From positions 62,001 to 126,000 of IMG/VR virus record IMGVR_UViG_3300005290_000006: 64,000 nucleotides of DNA; one strand, 5' to 3'. The notes under the pieces are model-generated. The model was not told where the DNA came from, made no database searches, and saw only the letters and a program-made list of their open reading frames with translations. The stretch comes from an uncultured virus (IMG/VR IMGVR_UViG_3300005290_000006). Its lineage: Duplodnaviria > Heunggongvirae > Uroviricota > Caudoviricetes. Positions within the stretch are counted from its first letter, which is position 1. Each line of letters opens with the position of its first letter. The position numbers were made by a program, and so were the translations under genes. Below, piece by piece: positions 47,652-57,859 of this stretch.

Positions 47652-48367
47652 GCATGTCCCATTCGCGTTACAACCAAATTCGTGAGCGAATCTTCTTCCT
47701 GTTCAACATCATCAACAACCGTGCGTTCCCGGTGTTCATTGCTCCCAAAAGCTTAATGAGCATCGAGGAGCTGCGCGGTCGTTACGAGGTCAAGCAGGAA
47801 GGGTACGCGAACGACGGCGGGTATTACGACAACCCCCAATCTCGGAATATGACCTGTCCACAACTCATCGATATTCTCCCTAACCTGACAACACCGGATG
47901 AACTGGGTTTTGGGAATGCCAACGTAACAGTTGTGCAGATGTACGAGTCGCTTCAGGAATACATCGGGTTGTGGTGCGAGATTGCTAACAACGCACCTGA
48001 GTTCAAGACGCCACCGATGAAAGAGTTGCGTTGGCTGGAAACCTTAGCCTGGACACTGTTCCCGACGTACAAGCGCGTGAAGCACTTCGTGATTGACTAC
48101 GACATCGAGAAACAGTTGGCAAGTGATCGGGCGTTGAACAAGATGGGACTCATGGGGCTGTCCATGCTGTTCGACTATTCCAAGAAGAAAGGTGATATCA
48201 GTTTCATCTCTCACTTGGATGGTCTGTCGGGGAACAGTGACGACATCATCTCGGCTGAGAACTTCATGTCGGATCGTCCAATGGTTTCGAACATTGCCGT
48301 GCAGGACAGTCTGTCACAGCTCGAGTCCAACGACACAACCGCGAGCGAATGGCTCTTCAGGGGGTAA
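47648..48367 (+). CDS. Conserved hypothetical protein (gp100 position)
   Basis: ATGA overlap; 239 aa. Confidence 0.7.
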   Translation: MSMSHSRYNQIRERIFFLFNIINNRAFPVFIAPKSLMSIEELRGRYEVKQEGYANDGGYYDNPQSRNMTCPQLIDILPNLTTPDELGFGNANVTVVQMYESLQEYIGLWCEIANNAPEFKTPPMKELRWLETLAWTLFPTYKRVKHFVIDYDIEKQLASDRALNKMGLMGLSMLFDYSKKKGDISFISHLDGLSGNSDDIISAENFMSDRPMVSNIAVQDSLSQLESNDTTASEWLFRG

Positions 48368-48370
48368 GAC

Positions 48371-49711
48371 ATGGAAGTTCCAAAGCCGTTAGCCAACCTG
48401 GTGTCCTACGCTAACTCTGTTGAGCAGGGCGCCAGTGAGCGGTTGTTTACGATGACCGCCACGATCATCACTCCAACTGATCAGATCCCCTTGCTAATTC
48501 CGACGGGGTTTGCTTGCCTGTCACTGTTTGGTATCCACCACACAGACGACATGAAGATCAAGGCGCAGCTGCAACCTGGCGTGTATCAGAACAGTGTACT
48601 CGCCAACAAGGACAACCTATACATCGAAGTTGTAGAGCGTCAGGGGTACACCCAGACGAAGTATCGGTTCCGGGCCTTCCCGTTGCATGACTCCAGTGCG
48701 GCGATGTCGGCTAACAACACGGCGTTGGCGGACCTCAGTACCAAAGATGCACTCAACATGGTGGAGGTCCAGTTCCAGCTCATGGACATCGGTTATGCCA
48801 AGTTACGGACTGAAACCGTAGCGGATCACATGCTGATGTGTACGCTGGACAACGTTCTGCATTATCAACTGACCAAGTTCGGGCAACAACTCGACCTGAC
48901 AGGGGCTGATGCATTTCGTGGGGTGGACATTGAATACCCGTTTGACAACACACGGGTGTTTAAGCAGGTGGTCATCCCGCCCATGCCGCTGAGTAAGCTG
49001 GCCGACTTTCTCCAGCAAGACGATCAGTTCGGTTTCTACAGTCGAGGGATGTCGTCCTACTACCGTAAAGGGATGTGGTACATCTTTCCTCCGCTGAAGA
49101 TTGGCCGTTACGAGAGTGCTCGGAAAGTAGCGAACATTTACGCCTTGCCATCGGACGTGTTCCCTACCCTGAAGAATAGTTGGTTTGAGGACGATAAGGT
49201 TCTGACCATTCTGTCGACAGGTGAAGGTGACAACACCGACGGGAGTGACATCCACAAACTCAACCACGGTTCGGGTAAGCGGGTAATCAGTCCTGATGCG
49301 GTCATGGGTGAGACAGGTCGGTACTACGCCAAAGGACAAGCCCTCACAACACGGGCGGACTCCCTGTCGGAGTACAAGACGTCTCAACGGGGCAGTGGGG
49401 AGGAGAACATTCCTTTCCATGCGACTCCTACCAACAACCTGTGTAAGCTGCTGTCGCAGAACGCATACACCGACGGATCGATTGTATCGAGGACCTGGCA
49501 CAACTCCAGCCGCAATCGTATTGTTCCTGGAATGCCTTGTCGGTACTACTTCATGAACGGCAGTGACGCGATGATGTACCGAGAGGGCACCATTGTTTCT
49601 ATCCGTTCTGAATACCAGCAGGACACGCAGAACCCTGGGCAGCCTGTGTTTCGGGAGCACAGCACCATGGAAATGTTTTTAGCGAATAATGTGATCCCCG
49701 CCGAGGTTTGA
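48371..49711 (+). CDS. Virion protein, possible baseplate hub (gp101 position)
   Basis: 446 aa beta-rich; hub assignment is inference from size and pattern. Confidence 0.55.
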   Translation: MEVPKPLANLVSYANSVEQGASERLFTMTATIITPTDQIPLLIPTGFACLSLFGIHHTDDMKIKAQLQPGVYQNSVLANKDNLYIEVVERQGYTQTKYRFRAFPLHDSSAAMSANNTALADLSTKDALNMVEVQFQLMDIGYAKLRTETVADHMLMCTLDNVLHYQLTKFGQQLDLTGADAFRGVDIEYPFDNTRVFKQVVIPPMPLSKLADFLQQDDQFGFYSRGMSSYYRKGMWYIFPPLKIGRYESARKVANIYALPSDVFPTLKNSWFEDDKVLTILSTGEGDNTDGSDIHKLNHGSGKRVISPDAVMGETGRYYAKGQALTTRADSLSEYKTSQRGSGEENIPFHATPTNNLCKLLSQNAYTDGSIVSRTWHNSSRNRIVPGMPCRYYFMNGSDAMMYREGTIVSIRSEYQQDTQNPGQPVFREHSTMEMFLANNVIPAEV

Positions 49712-49780
49712 GTCAATGGATATATTTTCTTGTCCAGTGGCTTATGTTTATACACCAGTAATGGAAGCTCTTGCGGAAGC

Positions 49781-49807
49781 AGGGGGAGGGAAACCCCCTC
49801 CTTTTTG
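49781..49807 (+). terminator. Intrinsic terminator
   Basis: Imperfect G/C hairpin followed by TTTTT. Confidence 0.55.
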
Positions 49808-49836
49808 CTTCACCTATTCAGAAGGAAAGAAGAAAG

Positions 49837-50214
49837 ATGACAGAAACAAAAGAAACTCCTAATTACGAATTCAGTTACGTCAGCGAGATTGAACAATGGC
49901 TTGGTGTCTCAGACATTCGTGAATACCCTGAAGGTGTTCGTGCGGCGGTTCGCAAGATTCTTCTTGAGAAAGTCCCCGGCGGTAATTGGAGTAGTCGTGA
50001 ACTTCGGCACCTCCTGTTCAGTATCAAAACCGATGGCTTCTCTTCCATCCCCGGTAGCATTCTCCAGCAGACACACAACGTTGCGGACATTACCCCGAAC
50101 AGTCTTTTGGGTGATGTAATGCAGCAGGTGGAATGGCAGCGCGGAGTTATCGCGTGGTTGCTCGATGAGCTGGAAGGTAAACACCCTCCCCTGGGTGAAC
50201 GTAACGACACCTAA
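49837..50214 (+). CDS. Hypothetical protein
   Basis: AAGGA RBS before ATG 49837. Confidence 0.65.
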   Translation: MTETKETPNYEFSYVSEIEQWLGVSDIREYPEGVRAAVRKILLEKVPGGNWSSRELRHLLFSIKTDGFSSIPGSILQQTHNVADITPNSLLGDVMQQVEWQRGVIAWLLDELEGKHPPLGERNDT

Positions 50215-50230
50215 GCCCCACTACACGGTT

Positions 50231-50263
50231 TACTCCCCTACTCCGCAATGGAGTAGGGGAGTA
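50231..50263. terminator. Stem-loop
   Basis: tactcccctactcc-gcaat-ggagtaggggagta, perfect 14-bp stem. Confidence 0.8.
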
Positions 50264-50337
50264 TTCTTATAAACGCTCTAACGGCTTTACACGGCTTCAG
50301 AAGGTGTAAAATCATAGCCAGGCAAACATAACCCTTA

Positions 50338-50373
50338 ACTCTCTCCCCGGGAACGGACCCCAGGTGAGAGAGT
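50338..50373. terminator. Second stem-loop downstream of dnaB
   Basis: actctctc..gagagagt. Confidence 0.55.
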
Positions 50374-50427
50374 ATTTGGGTGGTTTATTTAATACTAATA
50401 ATGTCTGTATTAAAAATTACTGTTTTC

Positions 50428-51960
50428 TTACAGGTGGTCGAAATCATTCACGAGCTCACCGGTGTCGGTGATCTTCTGTTGCAGACTCCGACGAAAGCCG
50501 GCTTTGGTATTGATATCGTGCTTCAATCCGAAGACCGGATCGATGTCGTAGATGAAGAACCGTTTGGTTGGTTCACACCCTTCCCCACGAGACTTGCCGA
50601 CGCAGCCAGTAAAGTAGTTCTTTGTATTGGTTTTGGCCACATGGATCGTCAACTCGATATCCACTTCGTTCGTGATCTTGGTGGAGGTTTCAGTCATGGA
50701 CTTACCTGCCACTTCACGAGAGAAGTACACCTCAGACTCATCGTCTGTTTCTTTCAGCATCTTCTTGGCTTCTGGGCTAAGTTGATGCGGAGTTACAAAG
50801 CAAATACCACGAGCAATCATGAAAGAACGAACACGACGGAAAAGGATCTGAAGCTTGTCAGACTTGCTTTCGCCTGGGATCTTGTCGATTGGCACCAGAC
50901 CGAGGTAGTCGTAGCCGTACCAGATGATTTCGTGACCTTTCATCTCGAGGTTACGAACACGGTCGAACATGCTTTGCATGCTGTCTTTGTTCGCTTCGAT
51001 CTGGTTGATGATCAGGAACCAACCGTTCTCTTTAAAGCAGTCGCAAATGGTCTGGACGATGTCAACGGCTTCCGAAGTCTGGAAGTCTTTGTCGTACTCA
51101 CCCCGAACCGTCAATGCGAGTTTGTACATCCGCATGATGATCAAGTCCATGGTATCTTCTGAGGATTCCATGAGCAGGGTGGGGATCTTCGCCTTGTTAC
51201 GCAACAGAGGTTTGTTGTACAAACCAATGGAGGCCAAGAAGTGAGCCATGGTGAGAGACTTACCACGGTTCGTCAGGGCGTTGATCAGGTACATCTTGGA
51301 CCGACGCATGCCACCGTCAGGTTCGAAGGCTTGGTTGATCGCCTGGAGGCCTAGCCGGAGGATACCTTCGCGACTGTTCTCCTTCTTGGCCATCTCAATG
51401 ATCCCCATGAACGAGTCAGGGGTTTCCGAGGTGACCGTGTGGACGATCTCAGACTGCCGTTCGTCATACGACATGGCAATCCGTTCTTGAATCAGGTCGG
51501 ACAGGTTAGCCCAGTCTTCCTTCTTCATCTCGTGCAGTTCTTTGAAGTACGCGTCACGCACACCGGCTTTAAAGCGCTTCTGGAACGCCTCGTTCTCACC
51601 GTTCATGCGCACTTCAGTAACGTGCTTGTAGACCAGCTTACGAGTCATTTCATCGTCAGCACAATCTTCAAGACCGGCTTCAATGGTCCTGCGAAGAGTG
51701 TCATCATTCTTGCAAAACAGCTCAACACGCTGCATTAACAATGATTTTATAACAGACTCATCGTTAGGTTGCTTCAGCAGCCACTGAATGGTGGTTCGAA
51801 TCGCATCACGAGTTTCCTTATCCTGACTGAAAACATCAGCATTAGGTTTCGGGAGTTCTTCTAAGGTTTCTACCAATTCGGTGATCAGGTTATTGTCTTT
51901 CAGCTTCTTAGCCTGATAAAGAGCAGACAGTATTTTAACCAACACCAGTAAATCGTTCAT
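50428..51960 (-). CDS. dnaB: DnaB-like replicative helicase (gp118-like)
   Basis: Walker A ALTNRGKS, SSED, YDYLGL, HQLS, GKSR motifs. Confidence 0.9.
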   Translation of the reverse strand: MNDLLVLVKILSALYQAKKLKDNNLITELVETLEELPKPNADVFSQDKETRDAIRTTIQWLLKQPNDESVIKSLLMQRVELFCKNDDTLRRTIEAGLEDCADDEMTRKLVYKHVTEVRMNGENEAFQKRFKAGVRDAYFKELHEMKKEDWANLSDLIQERIAMSYDERQSEIVHTVTSETPDSFMGIIEMAKKENSREGILRLGLQAINQAFEPDGGMRRSKMYLINALTNRGKSLTMAHFLASIGLYNKPLLRNKAKIPTLLMESSEDTMDLIIMRMYKLALTVRGEYDKDFQTSEAVDIVQTICDCFKENGWFLIINQIEANKDSMQSMFDRVRNLEMKGHEIIWYGYDYLGLVPIDKIPGESKSDKLQILFRRVRSFMIARGICFVTPHQLSPEAKKMLKETDDESEVYFSREVAGKSMTETSTKITNEVDIELTIHVAKTNTKNYFTGCVGKSRGEGCEPTKRFFIYDIDPVFGLKHDINTKAGFRRSLQQKITDTGELVNDFDHL

Positions 51961-51983
51961 TCAAAACTCCCCGGGAGCTAAAG

Positions 51984-52529
51984 ATGATTTTGAATTATCC
52001 TAACGGTAATCCGTTTAAATTCTTTTTCCTGACCAGAGGGATGGTGGAGACTCTGGTCCGTTGTTCGATTCCGTTGCAAGACTTGGACAAATTGTCGGCA
52101 TACCATGGCATTCTGACTTACGGAGAAATGGCCGACATTCTCAAGTACCAACTGATCGTCGGGAAGACGATGGGTATTCCAACCACGGACGCTGCCGCTC
52201 AGTTCGGTAAGGGCTTCGATGGTGCCATGCTCGCAGATGCATTCAATGCGTCTAACAGTGAAGCTTTAGCCGGCCAGTTCCAGGCGGCCTCGCAGTTCCA
52301 ATCCCTTGTTATAGGGCAAACCATTGTTATGGTGGCAGGTGTGCGTACCGACAAACCCCTGCCGGGCTTCTCTGTGCAAGAGGGGAGCACATTCTCAGCC
52401 GCCCTGCTGGAAACGATTTATGAACGTGTGGGTTATCTGGAAGCTCATTCCGGAAAAGTCATACATCCTGCTATCGGGGAATTCACTCTGGCGGAGGTTT
52501 TTAAACTCCTCAGCATACAAAACCCCTAA
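51984..52529 (+). CDS. Small virion/head protein (gp119 position)
   Basis: GGGAG RBS; lies between dnaB and the capsid gene. Confidence 0.65.
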   Translation: MILNYPNGNPFKFFFLTRGMVETLVRCSIPLQDLDKLSAYHGILTYGEMADILKYQLIVGKTMGIPTTDAAAQFGKGFDGAMLADAFNASNSEALAGQFQAASQFQSLVIGQTIVMVAGVRTDKPLPGFSVQEGSTFSAALLETIYERVGYLEAHSGKVIHPAIGEFTLAEVFKLLSIQNP

Positions 52530-52613
52530 CACCCTTACATATTTTATGTGCAGCTCAACTTGCGCAGACAATATATCTGTTTACAAACTGTTTAACTCAC
52601 AGAGACTGACCAC

Positions 52614-54806
52614 ATGGCCAAGAAAATTTTGACGGCAGCGTTGAAGCCGAAAAGCAACCTGTTCCACGCTATCCGTTCTTCGCTGGTAAACAACAACGCC
52701 CTCGCCACCTTTGCCGGTAACGAAAGTTTTGGCGAGTTCCAAACCCAGATGGGTTCCGTTGCCGGTATCGAAGGCATCAACCTCGGCGCTGAGCTGGCTG
52801 TACTGAAACCCGGTTCGTTCGACGCCTTCATGGGCGCCAAGCTGCGTAAGGGCCTGCCAAGCGAAGCCCTCTCCATGTTCGGTGAAGCCGAGCAAGGTCT
52901 GAAGTCCATCCAGGGTCTGGAAGGCTTCTCCATGCAGAACTTCGCTGGTGAGCAGGCTGACCTGAAAGCAGCCAACATGACCCTCAACGCGCAGTCGCAC
53001 TTGCAAACGCCTGCTGCCGAGGCACTTTTCACCACCATCTCCGTCAAGTACGAAGATGAAGGCGCCGAGATGGTTGTTCGTGCCGCTGGTCTGGGCACTT
53101 ACGCCTACGGCAACAGCGCATGGCAATCGGCTTCCGAACTGCGTCCGATCTTCGGCCTGCTTCGCTCCGGCGAAATGTTCAAAGACGAAGTGCTGGCCCT
53201 GTGGCCTGTTTACCCAACCGACGCCGGTGACGACACTCGTCTGCTGTTCGCTGACGCCGCGCTGGTTGCTCCACAGAACGCCACCTACCCTGAAGGCGAC
53301 GCCTACGGCCGTAGCGCTCACAAAACTCAGTTCCTGACTGTTCCGGTTACCGTACCGAACCTTCTGGCTCTGACCCAGGTTCCTGGCCAGCGTCAGTGGA
53401 CTTCGACCGACGAGATCGAATCGAACTCCATCAGCATCCGTACCCTGGCTCTGGGCGGCAAGATCGGCGCTACCGCGGTCAACTTCTTCATCGACACCCG
53501 TTCGATGTCGAACAACACCTTCGGTCCAACGTCGATGGGTCAGTCCTCGGACGATCGTCAACTGAACATGCACATCCGTCACCTGCCGGGCTTCTCGGTT
53601 GAAGACAAAGATGGCGTGAAAGTCGGCGAAACCCTGTTCGCAACCTTCAAGACCGCTGGCTACGAGCCGCTGCTCACCGTTTCGGCTTCTGGTAACTACC
53701 AGCGCCAAGGCAACGAGCTGCGCCTGAACGCCGGTACTGCTGAAGTGACCGCTCTGAAAGAGCTGAGCTCCAAGCGCATCATCACCCTGGGCAAGGCCGA
53801 TGAAGATCAGAAAGCTCTGATCCGTTCGTTCAGCGGCGGCACCGTGGTGGCTCTGAAGCCTACCTTCAACGTGTCGAACACCAGCCGTGGCAACTTCGGC
53901 TACCGCATCGAAGTCTTCGATGCTCGCAAGCACCTGTCTGTACAGCGCCGCTCCCCAGTATCGGTGAAATACCCGATCAGCAAGGACGACGTCAACCAGG
54001 CTTCGCTGGACTTCGCTATCGGCCAAATGTCGATCGTGATCAACAACCAGTGCTCGCGCAACGCGTTCGACAAGGCTCAGGATCACCTGAAGTACATCAC
54101 CTCCATCGACGGTTCCCCAGTCGTGGGCAACAACCAGGGCTCCAACGTCCTGGCCGGTCAGCACTTCGTTACCGCTTCCGCGGTGAACCGTGCGATCAAG
54201 CTGCAAGACGTCGTGTCGGCTGTTGACTCTGCCGGCGTGTACGAATCCGTCTGCGCTGCGATCACCAACGAAATCAGCGACATCACTGCTGCCCTGAACA
54301 CCAAGTCGGGTCTGGCTGCGATCGCTGAATACGGCGGCACCGATGGCAACATCGAGTGGACTGTTGTTGTTCACCAAAACCTGAGCCGTTTCGTAATGCG
54401 CTCCGGCGATGCTCGTACCACTGGTCCGAAGCAAACCCTGAACGTTGTCGAAACGAACTTCGACTCGCAGATCGGTCAAATCCTGATCGTTCCGAAGAAC
54501 ACCTCCACCAACGATACCATCAACCCTCTGGGCGGTATCGGCGTGAACGTGTCCAAGGAAAACATCCTGGTCCAAGGCAACGTCACTCGTGACCAGCAGG
54601 ACTTCGGTGTGGTCATGACCCTCCCGATCTACAAGCACTGGGCTCTGAACCCAATCATCGGCTCGCTGACCATCACCGACGCCCATGACTTCCTGGGTGA
54701 CGAAGGTCTGCTGTCGAAGCTGGCTTCTCAGCGCGTTACTGTCGACAACATCGGTGACGCTGGCGCGAACGTTGAGCCAACCGAGCCGGTTGACCCAAAC
54801 GCCTAA
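52614..54806 (+). CDS. Major capsid protein precursor (gp120-like)
   Basis: 730 aa, extreme codon bias, propeptide with AGNE/AGIE/QGLE, position after dnaB plus one gene, TTTTATG late-type motif near 52543. Confidence 0.85.
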   Translation: MAKKILTAALKPKSNLFHAIRSSLVNNNALATFAGNESFGEFQTQMGSVAGIEGINLGAELAVLKPGSFDAFMGAKLRKGLPSEALSMFGEAEQGLKSIQGLEGFSMQNFAGEQADLKAANMTLNAQSHLQTPAAEALFTTISVKYEDEGAEMVVRAAGLGTYAYGNSAWQSASELRPIFGLLRSGEMFKDEVLALWPVYPTDAGDDTRLLFADAALVAPQNATYPEGDAYGRSAHKTQFLTVPVTVPNLLALTQVPGQRQWTSTDEIESNSISIRTLALGGKIGATAVNFFIDTRSMSNNTFGPTSMGQSSDDRQLNMHIRHLPGFSVEDKDGVKVGETLFATFKTAGYEPLLTVSASGNYQRQGNELRLNAGTAEVTALKELSSKRIITLGKADEDQKALIRSFSGGTVVALKPTFNVSNTSRGNFGYRIEVFDARKHLSVQRRSPVSVKYPISKDDVNQASLDFAIGQMSIVINNQCSRNAFDKAQDHLKYITSIDGSPVVGNNQGSNVLAGQHFVTASAVNRAIKLQDVVSAVDSAGVYESVCAAITNEISDITAALNTKSGLAAIAEYGGTDGNIEWTVVVHQNLSRFVMRSGDARTTGPKQTLNVVETNFDSQIGQILIVPKNTSTNDTINPLGGIGVNVSKENILVQGNVTRDQQDFGVVMTLPIYKHWALNPIIGSLTITDAHDFLGDEGLLSKLASQRVTVDNIGDAGANVEPTEPVDPNA

Positions 54807-54907
54807 GCCCAACGGACTACGGTCAGTTGACAGTAGGTTGATGCTTCTGTCAACTGTACTGATGCCGGTTGGGCTGCTGGTTGAAGTGAGTTGAAACAGA
54901 GTCTGCT

Positions 54908-54939
54908 CCCTCCCTCACCTCGAAAGGGGTGAGGGAGGG
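54908..54939 (+). terminator. Stem-loop after capsid gene
   Basis: ccctccctcacc..ggtgagggaggg. Confidence 0.8.
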
Positions 54940-54985
54940 TAGTAGTCTTATGTTTGCATTTTGATATTTGGGGTCCACTGGAATC

Positions 54986-55010
54986 TTTGAAACCTACATT
55001 ATTAGTTTAG
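54986..55010 (+). promoter_or_regulatory. Putative early promoter, copy 3
   Basis: TTTGAAACCTACATTATTAG. Confidence 0.65.
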
Positions 55011-55046
55011 AATCGTCTAATAATGTTTCCATTGGAGGCCTCCAAA

Positions 55047-56183
55047 ATGGACAACGAAATCAGTAGCTTCAAATTGAATTACAGGATCGTCAATCGATCA
55101 AGCCAAGAATTGATTGTGCGGGCTAAAGGTGGTTTGGGTTACATCATCAAACGCGCCAAGGAACCGAGCTACTCTGACCAGCGTCAGGTGCACGTGAACA
55201 TCCCGTCGGTTATCATGGCCAACCTGCTCATCGATGAAAAGGCAGCGCTCACCCTGTTCGACAAGAAACTGTTGCAGGGTATTCGCCAAGATCGTGATCG
55301 TCTGAAAGATAACAACCCGGGTTTCTTCGACATGTTCAGTCAGGAAATCAACGTGTGCATCGCACTTACCAGCAGCCTCGTTGAAAAGAATGACGCAATC
55401 CATAGCGAGATCCTCGGCATCACTTTGTACAACGGAGCAGAGAACGCCAACCGCCCATCCCTGAACACCCCAGCAGCAACCCTGCAAGAGCTGTGTGAAG
55501 TCGAAGCAGCTGAAGAGACTCAGCCTAAAGGTGGACTGCACCACTTTATCTATGTCAACGATCCTCGCCGCGAATGCAACCCGATGTACACTAACGTGAT
55601 GGGTAAAGCAATCGAAGTGCCTGTGGTGTATGACTCAGGTAAACAATCTGGTCTGTACATTGGGTTACTCCACGGTAATGAATCACCGCAAATACTATAT
55701 TACACTTTCGAAGGTTTGGACGGCAAAACGATGGAGTCGGTGGGTCTGTTCGCTACGAAGGTAGCGTGCGAGAATGGCGCCAACACCGAACGTACTCAGC
55801 AAGCTGAGAAGAAGGCCCTGGAGAATGCCAAAGAAGCAGGCAAGCAACGGGACCTGGTTGTCGGTCTGCAAGAGATGTTGTCCAAACAGGAAGTCGTAAA
55901 TAGTCGCCTGGCGAAGGACCTGGTGCAATCGCGGCAAGATCACAAAACAGAAGTCTCTCATCTGAAACACGAACATCGCATTGAAATAAGTCAGCTCAAG
56001 CACCAAACAAAAGTGTCCGGGGATATCTTCAAATACGAAACCCGAATCAAAGACACTGTGGCAAAAGCCAATATGGAGTTTGTGAAGCGTCAAAGTTCTG
56101 TCAATAATTGGGGTGAACTCGCGAAGGCAGTTACGGCTGTGGCCGGCGTCGCGTTTACAGGATATAAGCTTTTCACTTCGTAG
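55047..56183 (+). CDS. Conserved protein with C-terminal coiled coil and hydrophobic tail (gp122 position)
   Basis: GGAGG RBS before ATG 55047; ends WGELAKAVTAVAGVAFTGYKLFTS. Confidence 0.75.
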   Translation: MDNEISSFKLNYRIVNRSSQELIVRAKGGLGYIIKRAKEPSYSDQRQVHVNIPSVIMANLLIDEKAALTLFDKKLLQGIRQDRDRLKDNNPGFFDMFSQEINVCIALTSSLVEKNDAIHSEILGITLYNGAENANRPSLNTPAATLQELCEVEAAEETQPKGGLHHFIYVNDPRRECNPMYTNVMGKAIEVPVVYDSGKQSGLYIGLLHGNESPQILYYTFEGLDGKTMESVGLFATKVACENGANTERTQQAEKKALENAKEAGKQRDLVVGLQEMLSKQEVVNSRLAKDLVQSRQDHKTEVSHLKHEHRIEISQLKHQTKVSGDIFKYETRIKDTVAKANMEFVKRQSSVNNWGELAKAVTAVAGVAFTGYKLFTS

Positions 56184-56199
56184 TAATCTGGAGCTCAGG

Positions 56200-57852
56200 A
56201 TGCATCCACGTTTGATCGGACCGATTGAGGCAACGATGCCGAAATTCAATCAGGTAATTGTTGAAGGGTTTCATCAAAAGGAATTCGAAAACGGTCTTCA
56301 TTATTTCGACCATTCGCTTCGATTGATTTTCAAAAGCATTGAAAAACGTGGGGTGTTCTTTCGTGGCGTATTCAGAGTACCGCCGCGTGAGTACATTGAG
56401 TACCTCACCAAGTCATCCACCAAAATCTTCGACATTCACAAGGAGACGTTGTACCCTTGCAAGATCATGTTCGAGTATCTGGACAAGTCGGGCAAGATCA
56501 TTGCGTTGAACCCAGTGTACGTTATGCTGCCGTATTGCGACAAGCATGGCGATCTCTGGTTGCGTGGTGTGCACTACAGTTTGCAATTCGTACTGGCTGA
56601 GCGTGGCTTACCGGTAACGAAAGAGAACTCGCTGTTTGTCAAAGTCTTGGGGTTCAAGTTCAAGATCGGCGTGGAACACTTTAAGTACGACATGGTGCTC
56701 TCCGAAACCGGAAACAACTTGACTCGAACTGCCGACATCAACCTGGCTGCGAATCGGTTCTATTCACCGACCGAAGCTCGGAAGATTAAGGATACCAAAA
56801 CCCCTACGCCTTTATTAGCCTGGTATATCTTTGCGGATATGGGGTTCACTCGTGCCATGCAGCAGTATGGTGAGTGTGACTTTGAAATCGGACCTACCGA
56901 TGCCTTGATTGCGGAATGCAAACCACAGGATCGTTGGGAAATCATCACCCGGTCGAGTTCTCCGAATTCGAAATCGCTGGGTGACTTCGTGGGTCACGAC
57001 TATGCCGTGGCGGTGCGAAACAAATCCGATAAGCGTAAAGAACTCAGCTCGATGGCGTTGCAGTATGCCGGGGCGTTGTTGTTTGTCATTGATTGCCTTT
57101 CCTCGTACTTTGATATCGACAGCATCGACAACCCGGACTACTGGAAGTTGATTATTGGTCGCTGCTCCGTGAAAGCGGGTGACAGTAATGAGTACATCAT
57201 GCGACTCATGCATGAGCACTTTGACTCGATCAACGAGTACCTGGACGAAGACTCGATCAAGAAATTCGCGTCCCAGTCCATCGTGGTGGCGAACATGTTC
57301 GACTTGTTTAACTACATCATTGCGAATCGCAGTGAGATCGTTCAAACAACCGACCGTGCATCCATGTTCTTCAAAGAACTGGCTAGTTTGGAATTCACGT
57401 TGGACAAGCTGATCACAGCCGCCAACAGTTTCAAACACGACATCAAGAACAACTCGGAACTCAGCCAGAAGAAAGTGTCCCGGTTCCTCAACAACAACTT
57501 CCACATTAAGGAGATTGACAATGCTCGAACGACCAATCTCATTCAGGAACCGACCCCAACCGATAATCCGTTCATCGATTACGTGTTGGGTTGTATGCCA
57601 CAGCACAAAGTCTACACAGGGGTAGGTAACAAGAAGAAGCGCGGGGATTTCGATACAACAGACAGCGCATGCTTCACTCACCCTTCACTGCCTTTCGTAA
57701 ATAGTTACCTGCGGGTGACTAACCCGTATCCAGACGGACGAGGGTATCTAACACCATGCATCCATCTGATCAACGACAAAATAACCGGACTCGCTCCTGA
57801 GTTCAAAGAGTTATATGAAGCGACAGATCGACGCCTGAAACGCCGAGAGTAA
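56200..57852 (+). CDS. Non-virion RNA polymerase beta subunit, N-terminal part (gp123-like)
   Basis: VYVMLPYCDKHGDLWLRG (cf. VYMGEIPLMT..GTFVING), HPS and PYPDGRG; synteny. Confidence 0.8.
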   Translation: MHPRLIGPIEATMPKFNQVIVEGFHQKEFENGLHYFDHSLRLIFKSIEKRGVFFRGVFRVPPREYIEYLTKSSTKIFDIHKETLYPCKIMFEYLDKSGKIIALNPVYVMLPYCDKHGDLWLRGVHYSLQFVLAERGLPVTKENSLFVKVLGFKFKIGVEHFKYDMVLSETGNNLTRTADINLAANRFYSPTEARKIKDTKTPTPLLAWYIFADMGFTRAMQQYGECDFEIGPTDALIAECKPQDRWEIITRSSSPNSKSLGDFVGHDYAVAVRNKSDKRKELSSMALQYAGALLFVIDCLSSYFDIDSIDNPDYWKLIIGRCSVKAGDSNEYIMRLMHEHFDSINEYLDEDSIKKFASQSIVVANMFDLFNYIIANRSEIVQTTDRASMFFKELASLEFTLDKLITAANSFKHDIKNNSELSQKKVSRFLNNNFHIKEIDNARTTNLIQEPTPTDNPFIDYVLGCMPQHKVYTGVGNKKKRGDFDTTDSACFTHPSLPFVNSYLRVTNPYPDGRGYLTPCIHLINDKITGLAPEFKELYEATDRRLKRRE

Positions 57853-57859
57853 ACTAGCC

